Assembly (NCBI RefSeq): GCF_004010195.1
Contig: NC_057754.1
Coordinates: 12,183,356-12,247,355 of the forward strand
Length of the DNA: 64,000 nucleotides
Reading direction: 5' to 3'
Source of the DNA: Chiloscyllium plagiosum
Taxonomy: Eukaryota
The notes under the pieces were generated by a model, which was not told the DNA's origin, searched no databases, and was given only the letters and a program-made list of their open reading frames with translations. Below, piece after piece: positions 34,290 through 46,079 of the stretch (positions are counted from its first letter, which is position 1; each line of letters starts with the position of its first letter). The position numbers and the translations under genes are program-made.

Positions 34290-36312
34290 TGTGCTGTTCA
34301 CTGACATGGCAGACCCAGCAGAGGTGGTGGAACAGTGGGATGCAGCCAGGAGTGAGTTGCTGTCATTGTTCTCAACATTGACTGCGGACCCCCTGAGGTC
34401 TTATGGCTTCCGGTTAAACGTGGGTACAGAATCTTCCTACAGATTACAACGTTCCATCCTCCCTCGGCTGATTAATCGGCCCATCTTCATGTTGAATAAA
34501 ACTTGAATGAAGCACTGAGGATGACAAGGGCACAGAATATCCACTGGGTGGGGATTTCACTGTCCACTACCAAGAGTGACTTGGCAGCAGTGTGACTGAC
34601 TGAGCTGTTCAGGTCCTAAAGGACACAGCTGCCAGACTGGATCTGCGGCAGGCAGTAAGGGAACCAACAAGAACACACTTGACCTCATGCTTATAGGTTG
34701 CAGATATATCTGTCCATGACAGTATTGGTAAAAGTGACTATCTGAGCATTCTCCAGTGTTTCAAGAATTACCGATACTAGTCTTCAGCCAATTCGATGCA
34801 CTCCATGTGATATCAAGAAACAGTTGAAGGCAAAAGCTGTAGTTCCTGACAACATTCCAGTAAAACAGACTGAGGAGGCACTCCAGGACTTCCTGTTTCC
34901 CTGGCTATGCTCCTCCAGTCTAATGATGACATTGGCATTTACCCAACAGTGTGCAACACTGTCCAGGTATGTCCTGTTCACAAACACCACGGATCCAACT
35001 CAGCCGATTACCGTCCCATCAGTCGACTGTCGATCATCAGGGAAATCATGGAAGGAGTCATCAACAATGCTATCAAGCAGCAGCTGCTCAGCAATAACAT
35101 GCTCAGTGATGCCCAGATTGGGTTCTCTCAGGGCCACTCAGCTCCTGACCTCATTATAGCCTTGGTTCAAGCATGGACAAAAGAGCTGAATTGCAGAAGG
35201 GAAGGGAGAATGCATCAAGGCTGCATTTGACCTAGTGTGGCATCAAGGAGCTGTGGCAAAACTGGAATCAATGGGTACTGGGGGCAAATCCTCCACTGGT
35301 TGGAGTCATACCTAGCACACAGAAAGATGGTCATCTTTGTTGTAGGGTCAATCATCTGAGCTCCAAGACATGTCTGCAGGAGTCCCTCAGAGGAGTATCC
35401 TGGGCTCAACCATCTTCAGCTGCTTCATCAATGATCTTCGTTCCGTCATAAGGTCAGAATTGGCGATGTTCGCCAATGATTGTACAATGCTTAGCACCAT
35501 TCACAACTCAGATACTGTAGCAGTCCATGCTTAAATGCAACAAGGTTGGATAATATCAGAGCTTGGACTGACAAGTGGCAAGTAACATTTGTGCCACACA
35601 AATGCCAGGCTATGACCATCACCAATAAGAGACAATCTAACTACCGCCCCTTGCTATTCAACTGTATTACCATCACGGAAAACCCCACTACCAGCATCCT
35701 GAGGGTTACCATTGACTAGGAATGCAACTGGATTTGCCATATAAGCACAGTGGCTACAAGAACAGGTCAGAAGTTAGGAATACTGCAGTGAGCAACTCAC
35801 CTCCTGATTCCTCAAAACCTGTCCACCATATGCAAGGCACAGGTCAGGTCAAGAAGGAGTAGTGGCTCAGTGGTTAGTGTTACTCACTCAGATTGCCAGG
35901 GACCTGGGTTTCAATTCCAGCCTCACATAACCATCTGTGTGGAGTTTGTGCATTCTTCCCATGTCTGCATGGGGTTTCTTCTGGGTGCATCGGTTTCCTC
36001 CTATAGTCTAAAGATGTGCAGGTTAGGTGGATTGGATAACCTAATTACCCATGGTGTCCAGGCATGTGCAGGTTAGGTTGGTTAGCCATGGGAAGTGCAG
36101 CATTAGGGGGATGGGTCAGAGTCTGCGTGGCATGCTCTTCAGAGGGTTGGTCAGGAAATATTGGGTGGAATGGCCTGCTTCCACACTGGTGGGATTCTCT
36201 ATATAAGGCAGCTCACTACCATCTTCTCAAGTGTAACCCAGGATGGGAAATAAATGCAGACCCAGCCAGTGATGCCCACATTCCACAAATGAACAATTTT
36301 TAAAAAAAATTA
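34290..36312 (+). mobile_element. L2/CR1-clade LINE (second family), degenerate, with nested SINE
   Basis: ADYRPISRLSII...Q.GFSQGHSAPDL RT motifs; 3' tail CCAGCCAGTGATGCCCACATTCC...AAAAAAAA. Confidence 0.75.
35858..36200 (+). mobile_element. HE1-type SINE
   Basis: GTGGCTCAGTGGTTAG head and CCTGCTTCCACACTG tail. Confidence 0.8.
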
Positions 36313-36716
36313 AATGCCTTCACATTAACAGATCAAAGCGTAAAGATGCTAGTTCAAAATCCAAACTCTAAAATAGATAATTTATATATATGTATAAATA
36401 ATATCTACATATATAACATCTATAATATAGACATTAGACCAAAATTGCTCTCAGTCCTCTGTTTTCCAATTCCAGACAACAAGGTTCTGAGAGCACAGAC
36501 CTCAGAAAGCAACATGCTCAGAGTCGGGGCGTGGTTATTCTATGTAGAACTCAAGGGGACAGCCAAAGGTGATCCCTGCTTTCCCAGCATGTGTACTGAG
36601 TTCTGCTGTAGGAAACAGGTTAGGTCACGACAGTCTCAAAGTCACAGAAGGATGGTCTTTACCCTGATCCAAGTGTGGATCTGTTATGTTTAAACATAGG
36701 ACAGATGAATAATTGA

Positions 36717-36817
36717 ACATAGAACATAGAAGAATACAGCGCAGTACAGGCCCTTCGGCCCTCGATGTTGCACCGATCCAAGCCCACCTAACCTACACTA
36801 GCCCACTATCCTCCATA
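36717..36817 (-). mobile_element. 100-bp CR1 3' tail
   Basis: Nearly identical to 40277-40379 (TAGAACATAGAA...GCCCACTATCCTCCATA). Confidence 0.8.
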
Positions 36818-37013
36818 GAATGAGATGTCGTGTCTACTTTAACTTCAATCCTCAATACCCTCTCTATCTCTGTCGCCATAGCATTCCAATAAACATGGAG
36901 CCTGTGGCATGTCCAGAAGCAATGGGTAAGAGTACCTACAATTATTTAATATTTGGGGCACGTTGGAGGTTCGCCTTTTTAAAAACTTCACCAGATGGTC
37001 TGGTGCCAAATGA
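36816..37013 (-). repeat. 198-bp inverted copy of 41537-41734 (L1-like segment)
   Basis: ORFs 36820(+) and 41524-41784(-) give the same peptide MRCRVYFNF...DGLVPN. The copy runs into the N gap. Confidence 0.85.
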
Positions 37014-37639
37014 NNNNNNNNNNNNNNNNNNNNNNNNNNNNNNNNNNNNNNNNNNNNNNNNNNNNNNNNNNNNNNNNNNNNNNNNNNNNNNNNNNNNNNN
37101 NNNNNNNNNNNNNNNNNNNNNNNNNNNNNNNNNNNNNNNNNNNNNNNNNNNNNNNNNNNNNNNNNNNNNNNNNNNNNNNNNNNNNNNNNNNNNNNNNNNN
37201 NNNNNNNNNNNNNNNNNNNNNNNNNNNNNNNNNNNNNNNNNNNNNNNNNNNNNNNNNNNNNNNNNNNNNNNNNNNNNNNNNNNNNNNNNNNNNNNNNNNN
37301 NNNNNNNNNNNNNNNNNNNNNNNNNNNNNNNNNNNNNNNNNNNNNNNNNNNNNNNNNNNNNNNNNNNNNNNNNNNNNNNNNNNNNNNNNNNNNNNNNNNN
37401 NNNNNNNNNNNNNNNNNNNNNNNNNNNNNNNNNNNNNNNNNNNNNNNNNNNNNNNNNNNNNNNNNNNNNNNNNNNNNNNNNNNNNNNNNNNNNNNNNNNN
37501 NNNNNNNNNNNNNNNNNNNNNNNNNNNNNNNNNNNNNNNNNNNNNNNNNNNNNNNNNNNNNNNNNNNNNNNNNNNNNNNNNNNNNNNNNNNNNNNNNNNN
37601 NNNNNNNNNNNNNNNNNNNNNNNNNNNNNNNNNNNNNNN

Positions 37640-37975
37640 GCTTTCCCCTTGTCCACCTCCTTAGTCACCTTCTCAAGGAATTGAATAAGGTTTGTGAGGC
37701 ACGACCTGCCCTTCACAAAACTATGCTGACTATCCTTGATCACATTATTCCTATCCAGATGTTCATAAATCCTATCCCTTACAATTCTCTCTTAGACTTT
37801 GCCCACAACAGAAGTGAGACTCACCGGCCTATAGTTACTAGGATTATCCCTACTCCCCTTCTTGAACAAGGGAACCACATTTGCTAGCCTCCAATCTTCT
37901 GGCACTACTCCTGTAGACAACGAGGACAAAAAAAATCAAGGCCAATGGCTCTGCAATCTCCTCCCTTGCTTGCTT
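37640..37975 (-). mobile_element. CR1 RT fragment
   Basis: SQHSFVKGRSCLTNL; closely similar to 40397-40552. Confidence 0.8.
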
Positions 37976-38613
37976 CCATGCTTCCCAGAAAAATTGATCT
38001 ACAATTGATTCATTGTAGATCAGTTTGTGAGAGTGATCAGTGCACTGTCGACGGTGTAAGGTAGAGGAATTCTCTGACTAAATACATGCTTTATTTTTGT
38101 CTTTGTTTTCAGTCTGGATTGATTGTAGAGTTGACTTCTGACCTGGTATTCAAGTAATTTCCCCACATCAGTGGAGAATGCCAAAGTGAAGAGAATGGAG
38201 AATGTATTGGAAAACCAAGTGGGGGCTCCGATACAGCTCGATTTCACTTCATTCTTCATCCAGTTCCTATCACAAATTATGATGCTGTCAATCTGCGCAA
38301 TAGAGGGCAATGAACAGAGCAGTTGGCCCTGGGAGCTTTGTTAGATAAAGCGTTTTTGGTGATCTCCTTTGTCAGCTTTCTGTTGGAATATTGATGATTT
38401 TGTTTTTCCCTTCCACAGAATATGTGTTCCTCTCTCCAAACACAGATCTCGAATCCAGGATCAACATTGGTGCTTTTAAAAAGGGACACTGCAGTCCCAA
38501 AAATCAGCAACATATCCAGGTTACCAAACTCTAGCGAGTTATAGTTGTGGTAACATCAAATTGAAACAAATCAGTCAGACTGTCAATCTTGGAAGTGATC
38601 AACAACAGCAAGA

Positions 38614-38910
38614 GCAGCAGGTGGCGCAGTGGTTAGCACTGCTGCCTCACAGGGACCTAAGTTCAATTCCTACCTCAGGCAACTGTCTGTGTGGAATTTG
38701 TACATTCTCCTTGTGTCTGTGTGGGTTTCCTCTGGTTTCCTCTCACAGTCCAAAGATGTGCAGGTTAGGTGAATTGGCTGAGCTAAATTGCTTATAGTGT
38801 TAGGTGAAGGGGTAAATGTAGGGGAATAGGTCTGGGTGGATTGCTCTTTGGAGGGTTGGTGTGGATCTGTTGGGCTGAAGGGCCTGTTTCCACACTGTAG
38901 GGAGTCTAAT
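38614..38910 (+). mobile_element. HE1-type SINE
   Basis: GGTGGCGCAGTGGTTAGCACTGCTGCCTCACAG head and HE1 tail. Confidence 0.85.
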
Positions 38911-39119
38911 CTCTTTTCCCCATTCCCAGTTTTCTATCCTGATCCTGGATTCAGTTCTCCAGCTTCTGGCTGCAAACTGAAAATTAAAGCACTGAGTGTG
39001 ATTGGGGTTTGGGGTTTCCAAGTGGTGTTGGTAAATCCTCCCACTGGCCTACCTACCTCGAGGGTTTCCTTCTTGATCACAGCCTCATGGATTTTCGCAA
39101 AAGTCAGACACGCCTTTTC

Positions 39120-39445
39120 CTCATACCGAGTTGCCGGACAGTTACCCGATAAGAATTCCTGCCCTCACCAAGATGATGGCCAGTTCACCCCACTGCAGCC
39201 TCAGGTCTCCCGCTCGAGTTTATAACCTCCTTGAGCCCCCTCCTCCTCCTATCCCCCGTCCAGTTTACCTTCCCATCTTGTCTCACAAACCCTTCCAGGG
39301 TGTAGGTGCGGGATGCCCTCTCCCGCCCAGCCACCGGTTCCATTCCTCTCCCACACCCGGTGGCTCCACCTCTGTCCTGCTCCATGCTACCAAGTGTACT
39401 GGCGGCCTGACGTCAGTCTGTTCCTAGAGGCTCTGGGCGTGGCTG
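39120..39445 (-). promoter_or_regulatory. Putative minus-strand promoter / first exon
   Basis: CpG-retaining; GC box GGGCGTGGC (about 39435), CRE TGACGTCA (39408-39415), TATA-like TTATAAA (about 39218-39224), donor-like CG|GTATGA (about 39126). Confidence 0.35.
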
Positions 39446-39554
39446 GAAGACCTAACAGGAATGGATGGTCTTCTGACAATGGGAGACAATGAGGAATGGG
39501 GCAATGAATTGGCAAGCCCCCATGAGCTTGTATTGTTTCTTTCCCAGGAGTCTG

Positions 39555-39657
39555 TTGGGTGATGTTGTTCCAAATCTCTGGGACAGCTGGCAGTTGTACC
39601 TAGGCCTCTCAATTCAGGGTCAGGTACACTACCAATGCCACTGCACCACAACAGGCT
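39555..39657 (-). mobile_element. tRNA-derived short SINE-like unit
   Basis: Minus strand TGTGGTGCAGTGG..TAGTGT A-box and degenerate B-box (GGTACAACT). Confidence 0.45.
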
Positions 39658-39674
39658 CCTAAAAATGCTGCACT

Positions 39675-39746
39675 CTCCCTGGTTGGGAATTAAATCCCAG
39701 TCTCCCTTGTGACAGGTGGGAATATTGAGCATGCTCCTACTGAGGA
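39675..39746 (-). pseudogene. tRNA-Asp(GTC) pseudogene
   Basis: 72 nt TCCTCAGTAGGAGCATGCTCAATATTCCCACCTGTCACAAGGGAGACTGGGATTTAATTCCCAACCAGGGAG is collinear with vertebrate tRNA-Asp (TCCTCGTTAG...CCTGTCACGCGGGAGACCGGGGTTCGATTCCCCGACGGGGAG), with many CpG and other substitutions. Confidence 0.75.
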
Positions 39747-39771
39747 CCCTGACCAACACTGAGTCATATCC

Positions 39772-39942
39772 AATAAAACCTGAAAGAATTTCAGGTGCTG
39801 GAAATCAGAAACAAAAGCAGAAATTGCCGGAAAAACTTCCTCAGAGGAAGGCTAATTGCATCTAAAACATTAACTCTCATTTCTCTTCAATGCTGCCAGA
39901 CCTGCTGAGCTTTTCCAGCAATTTCCATTTTTGTTTCTGAGG
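39772..39942. mobile_element. Penelope-derived inverted-arm repeat
   Basis: TCAGAAACAAAAGCAGAAATTGCCGGAAAA and TTTTCCAGCAATTTCCATTTTTGTTTCTGA are inverted arms around a decayed hammerhead-like core. Confidence 0.55.
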
Positions 39943-40274
39943 CATATCTGTTGCCAATACTTGGTGTTGCCTGTGTATGACTCCAGACCCACACCAATGT
40001 GATTGAATCTTAACTGACCTCTCTGAGAACTTCTCAACATACCTGAAGCATAGGGCCAAAACATGGAGGTTGCATTCTACAGAGATTTCACTGAAACGTC
40101 AGGGAGATTCATGCCACCTATTTCAGAACCATGGTTAGATGTCAATTGAGTTCACTGCTGTCCTTTGTTGTTTGATTGGGCAGGTAACGATCCAGGTTTA
40201 ATGTGACTGGATATTGAGGTTTCTCAGAAAAAGAGCTCTCTCATTAACCTGTTGTTCATGGATAAGGAGAGTTA

Positions 40275-40992
40275 TAGAACATAGAACATAGAAAAATACA
40301 GCGCAGTACAGGCCCTTTGGCCCTCGATGTTGCACCGATCCAAGCCCACCTAACCTACACTAGCCCACTATCCTCCATATGCCTATCCAATGCCCGTGAG
40401 ACTCACCGGCCTATAGTTACTAGGGTTATCCCTACTCCCACTCTTGAACAAGGGAACCACATTTGCTGTCCTCCAGTCTTCTGGCACTATTCCTGTAGAC
40501 AACGAGGACATAAAAATCAAGGCCAATGGCTCTGCAATCTCCTCCCTTGCTTCACAGAGAATCCTAGGATAAATGCCACCAGGCCCAGGGGTCTTATCTA
40601 TTTTCACCCTTTCCAGAATTTCCAACACCTCTTCCCTACATACCTCAAAGCCATCCATTCTAATTAATTGTGACTCAGTATTCACATCGGCAACAATGTC
40701 CTGTTCCTGAGTGAATACTGACGAAAAGTATTCATTCAGTGTCTCCCCAATCTCTTCAGCCTCCACACTCAACTTCCCACTACTATCCTTGACTGGACCT
40801 ATTCCTACCCTAGTCATTATTTTATTCCTGTCATACCTATAGAAAGCCTTAGGGTTTTCCCTAATCCGACCAACTAAGGACTTTTCATGTCCCCTCCTTG
40901 CTGCTCTTAGTTCTCTCTTCAGATCCTTCCTGTCTACCTTATAACTCTCAATCGCCCCAATTGAACCTTCATGCCTCATCTTTACATAGGCC
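40275..40992 (-). mobile_element. CR1 with large internal deletion (RT missing)
   Basis: ORF 40383-41045 (RENPKAFYRY...NYRPVSLT) is joined directly to the 3' tail. Confidence 0.85.
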
Positions 40993-42316
40993 ATTGCCAG
41001 AACCCTATTGTTATTAGGACGATCAAGGCATGGAGGGCAATGCATCAGAGTGAAGATTGTTTATCCAAGCCTTTGCCACTCACCCCCATGGTTGGTATGT
41101 TAGGGTCCCGACCAGGGATGATGGACTCAGGGTTCAAACTATGGGTAGAGAGAGGGATTTCTAGTTTGGAGACTTTTTTGAGAGGGAGGTTATGGTGTCC
41201 TTCAAGCAATTGAGCCACAAATACGGACTGCCCAGTAGAGTTATTTTCATTTTTTTTAGGTAAGGGATTTGATCCAGAAGAAGACTACGCTTCTTGTTAA
41301 TCCCTATAAGCCAGATACAGAGAGATTGTTGTTATGTGCCACAAGTTGGTTAATGCTCTCTATCGCCCGCTGGGTGGTAGGGCCTGCCAAGATATTAATC
41401 AGCTATGTAAGTCTGGGATCAAGAGCCACGAGTGGAGATCTCTTCTGAAACGTAGGAGGACATATGGAAGAACACACAAAAGATCTCAATCTGTAATAAG
41501 ACATAATGCTATGCAGTTAAAAGTTATACACAAGGTTCATTTGGCACCAGACCATCTGGTGAAGTTTTTAAAAAGGCGAACCTCCAACGTGCCCCAAATA
41601 TTAAATAATTGTAGGTACTCTTACCCATTGCTTCTGGACATGCCACAGGCTCCATGTTTATTGGAATGCTATGGCGACAGAGATAGAGAGGGTATTGAGG
41701 ATTGAAGTTAAAGTAGACACGACATCTCATTCTAGGTCTACCAAATTTATCATCTTTAGACGGGCATGGGAAGAAACTATTCAATATTCTTACTTACTGT
41801 ACACGGAAGAATATTCCTGATGAATTGGGTGTATGAGAACCAGTCGGGCTTGCTGGGATGGCAAAAGGTAATTATGGAGCAAATTCCCTTGGATTGTTTC
41901 ACGAATATGGTGCACCACAAAACAAAGCTTTTTTTATAAGACATTGCGGCCATTTTTGAGTTATTTGGATACAGATTTGTCTGCTACCTCAACTAGGGCG
42001 TTTGTTTAAATCGGATGGTTAGGTTTGCTGAGCTCTGGGCCCTGGAAGGGCGACTCCTGAGTGAATATAGGTATATGTACAATGCTCCCATTTTTTGTTT
42101 GGGAGCTACGTGCCAAACATTGTTATTCTGAGTTGTGTGCTCTCTTTTTTTTCTGTCACTCACGTAATTATTAGTGTTATTTTGCACATTGTTTGGTTTT
42201 GTTTCATTTTGTAGGGTAGATTAATAGTTAATAGTTGGGTTGAAATTTACGTTTTTGTTTCTTATACTTGCATTTGTCTTTTAAAATAACTTTATATATT
42301 TTTAAAGTAAAAAAAG
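40993..42316 (+). mobile_element. 5'-truncated L1/Tx1-clade LINE (ORF2 C-terminus, 3'UTR, poly-A)
   Basis: NPIVIRTIKAWR...QLKVIHKVHLAP...GTLTHCFWTC (zf-RVT-like), T-rich 3'UTR, A-tail at about 42309-42316. Confidence 0.75.
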
Positions 42317-42629
42317 CCTGAATGGTTAAGCCTTTTTAGTTCCCATCAGCACCAGTTTGTAATGTTTGATATCTGTCGTTTTCTTCATGATTTAATAAAA
42401 TGTTCCACTACTCCTGCCACAGAATCAGCTCTTGTGTTGCTCTGCAAATCATTACCTCGTGTTGACCAAGAGCCCAATGGGTGAACGTGGCCATGAGAAT
42501 AAACAAAGATGTAAAAGCTAGAATAAAGCTCCAACAGTCAGTAATAATACGATGAGTTGAATGGCCATCTTCTGTACCATAAAAAGTCTGTCATACAAAA
42601 GTTTCAGATCGGAAATAATCTTAACTAAT

Positions 42630-43120
42630 GATGTGGTGTTAATGTTCAGTGGTTCCACGTTTATCTCTGTGTCAGGATGTTGTGAGCTCAAACACCCCAT
42701 CCAGAATCTTCACTGTAAAATCCCGGCTGATATTGTGCTGCAGGACTGAGGAAGAACTGCATTGTCAGAGATCCTATCTTTCGGAGGGAACCTTTAGTTG
42801 GACCCACATCTGCCCTCACAGGTGGATTTGAAAGATCCAATGAAGCTATTTCAAAGAGCAGAGCAGGTCTGTCAGTTTTGCTACTCAATGTGCATCCCTC
42901 AATAATCACCCCTGAACAGAGTGCGTGTCATAGTCATTTTTCTGTTATCAACTGTGCTCCCTACACATGCTGCCTGACCTGCTGATTATTTCTAGCATGT
43001 TTTTCTTTCTGTTTGCAAGAGTTTGTTGCACAAAATTTAGCTGCTGTATCTCCCACAACAGTGACTGCACTTCACAAGGTCAGTAGCAACATATCTCTCA
43101 GTCTCCTCTAATCTGAGAGA
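42630..43120 (+). mobile_element. Deu-domain SINE (SacSINE1/AmnSINE1-like) with nested PLE fragment
   Basis: GCTGCAGGACTGAGGAAGAACTGCATTGTCAGAG...TCTGCCCTCACAGGTGGATTTGAAAGATCCAATG..CTATTTCAAAGAGCAG resembles the Deu core as recalled; not database-checked. Confidence 0.6.
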
Positions 43121-43283
43121 AATCAGTGACACAAACTCTGTGTATCTGATGAGGTTGATAGCAGGACAATTCAACACAGGTCCAATTAAACAGAATATTC
43201 ATATCCGCTGCAATAAACCCCAGCGATCAGAGTGAACTCCAGCTATCAGGATTCAGTCCTGGGTGTAGTACCAGCCGAATATA

Positions 43284-43459
43284 ATCACGTGACCTCGCTG
43301 GTGTCGCAGACGTATGGAAGAAACATTGAATCCCTTACCCACACACAGAGCATGTGAATAGACTCTCCCGAGAATGAGTTTGCTGGTGTTTCATCAAATC
43401 ATTGCTGCTTCTAAAGTTCTTCTCACATTCACAACACTTAAATGCTCTGTCATCGGTGT
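43284..43459 (-). pseudogene. C2H2 ZNF 3' end, frameshifted, truncated by N gap
   Basis: TDDRAFKCCECEKNFRSSNDLMKHQQTHSRESLFTCSVCG*. Removing one base restores KGFNVSSIRLRHQRGH. Confidence 0.75.
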
Positions 43460-43959
43460 NNNNNNNNNNNNNNNNNNNNNNNNNNNNNNNNNNNNNNNNN
43501 NNNNNNNNNNNNNNNNNNNNNNNNNNNNNNNNNNNNNNNNNNNNNNNNNNNNNNNNNNNNNNNNNNNNNNNNNNNNNNNNNNNNNNNNNNNNNNNNNNNN
43601 NNNNNNNNNNNNNNNNNNNNNNNNNNNNNNNNNNNNNNNNNNNNNNNNNNNNNNNNNNNNNNNNNNNNNNNNNNNNNNNNNNNNNNNNNNNNNNNNNNNN
43701 NNNNNNNNNNNNNNNNNNNNNNNNNNNNNNNNNNNNNNNNNNNNNNNNNNNNNNNNNNNNNNNNNNNNNNNNNNNNNNNNNNNNNNNNNNNNNNNNNNNN
43801 NNNNNNNNNNNNNNNNNNNNNNNNNNNNNNNNNNNNNNNNNNNNNNNNNNNNNNNNNNNNNNNNNNNNNNNNNNNNNNNNNNNNNNNNNNNNNNNNNNNN
43901 NNNNNNNNNNNNNNNNNNNNNNNNNNNNNNNNNNNNNNNNNNNNNNNNNNNNNNNNNNN

Positions 43960-45880
43960 AATGAAAGCTGCAGACGGCATGATGTCAATCGACTACATAA
44001 AAGGGAAGAAACTTGGCTAATGGAATTCATTCTGGAGATAAGGAATCTGGGACGAGAGCGGCTAACAGGGAAAGGAAATGTACAATAAATAGTAGGAAAC
44101 TATGAAGTTTAGAGGAAGTGCCAGCACTCCGAATGATGTCCACACATCCCCAAAAGGAGGTCAGTGAGGGGTTTGGTTGACCCTGGAACATAAAAGCATG
44201 GAGATTATGCTAGAGAATTAGAAAACATGAGTTAGAACGCAGCTGGAGTACAGAGGGCAGTTCTGTTCATCACATTAATGAACTACAAAGTGAGACTGGA
44301 TTAATTATAATAAAACTCAAGTTATTTTGATACTTCATTAAAATCAGTGTTCAATTCATCAAATGTCTCTAAAAACGATCAAGCTAATTGACAAAATAAT
44401 TATAACAGTGAAGACATCTGATTTGGCAGAAACTGAAATTCTGTAGTGTTTCAATAATAATAAAGAAAAAATATTTTGATTAACTTACTATAAAAAGGTG
44501 ACTTCTGTATAATGGAAGAAGTTGATTAGTGAGTAGCTAACGAATTGATCTTTATTTTAATCTGAAGGTTGGTTTGGCTTAGTTAATAAATAAACACAAG
44601 GTAGACCCATGGACTGCACATTGAGTTCCATGTGAGAAAACCAAGATAATTACAGTCACAGAGTCATGCAGCACTGAAAAAGGCCCTTCAGCCCAACTCA
44701 ATCATATCGACCAGATCGATTAAACTGAGCTAGTCAAATTTGCCTGCGTTTGGCTTATATTGCTATAAACCATTCCTAACATTAAACCTCTCCAAATGTC
44801 TTTTCAATGTTGTAATTGTTTCTGCCTTTATCACTTCCTCTGTCAGCTCATTTCATATGTGCACCACTCTCTGTGTGAAATCGTTGCTCCTGAAGACCCT
44901 ATTAAAGCTTTCCCCTCTTACCTCAAACCTGTATCCTCTAATTCTGGACTCCTCTACACTGGGAAACAGTAGCTTGGCTATTCATCTTATCTGTGCCCTT
45001 CATAATTTTAAAGACTTCTGTAATGTCACCCCTCAGCTTCCTATACTCCAGGGGAAAGAAAAGTCCCAGCCTCTGCAGTCTCTCGTTATAACACAAACCT
45101 TCCAGTCTTCGTCACATCCTTTTTGCACCCTTTCTAGTTTAATAACATCCTCCCTATACATGGGTGACCAGAACTGTACAAGATGCTCCAAATGTGGCCT
45201 CACCAATGTCTTGTTCGGCTTTAACATGACATCCCAACTCCTGCACTCAGTGCGTGCCAGATACCTCTCCATCAGCCTGTCTGCCAGGGGTACAACTCCT
45301 GTGATTGATGAGAACACCTATTTGACCACAGCTAAAATATGATACTCAGTTCTGACCCTACATTCCAGGATAGATGTGGTCACACTAGAGATGGTGCAGT
45401 GGAAATTGATGGGAATGTTTCCAGAATTGGAGAATTAAAGCTCTCAGGATTGGATAGGTTGGATATAGATTGGATAGGTTGAGATGGTTTTCTGTGGAAG
45501 AGAAGCAGACCAACGTGAGATTTTATTGAATTGGTAAGATAATGAGGAGTACAGATAGAGTGGATTTGATTGAGCTATTCATGAACAGAGAGGTCGATAA
45601 CTGGAGGTTTTAGAAAAAAAAAAAAAATTCACGGAAAGAAGGGGAAGGGAGAAATCATTTCTCCCAGACATGGTGGGGATGTGGAACGCTCTGTCTGATA
45701 GAGGCAGTAATCCTCATTGCATTAAAATAAAAGGACATGAATACACTTGAAATATAGAATGTACAGGTCTATTTACTAAGATCAATAAAATGAGATCGGC
45801 CTGGATAGTTCTATTTCATCCACACAATCACAATGGACCAAGTGGTCTCCATCTGTGCTGTGAGTTTCAGATGACTTTAT
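43960..45880. mobile_element. Three CR1 fragments (43960-44280 +, 44655-45250 -, 45330-45880 +)
   Basis: RT C-terminal motifs such as KTLVRPHLEHLVQFWSP, and tails. Confidence 0.7.
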
Positions 45881-46079
45881 TCTGACCTTTGGAGGTTTTT
45901 TTTCTGATGATGTTCATAACTTCTCAAATTGAACTGGAGTTTACTATTCTGGAGAAATGTCAAATGCATCAGATTTGCTTCAGTATGTCACTGTTGATTG
46001 TTGTACTTCTTCCACGAGTGTTTCGTATCACCTGGAGCTCAGAAAGGACAGTCTCATGCGAGGATTGTATGACAACAAT

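Noticed and set aside
36820..37887. Long ORFs across the first N gap (likewise 43335-44088)
   Set aside because: Artefacts of N runs.
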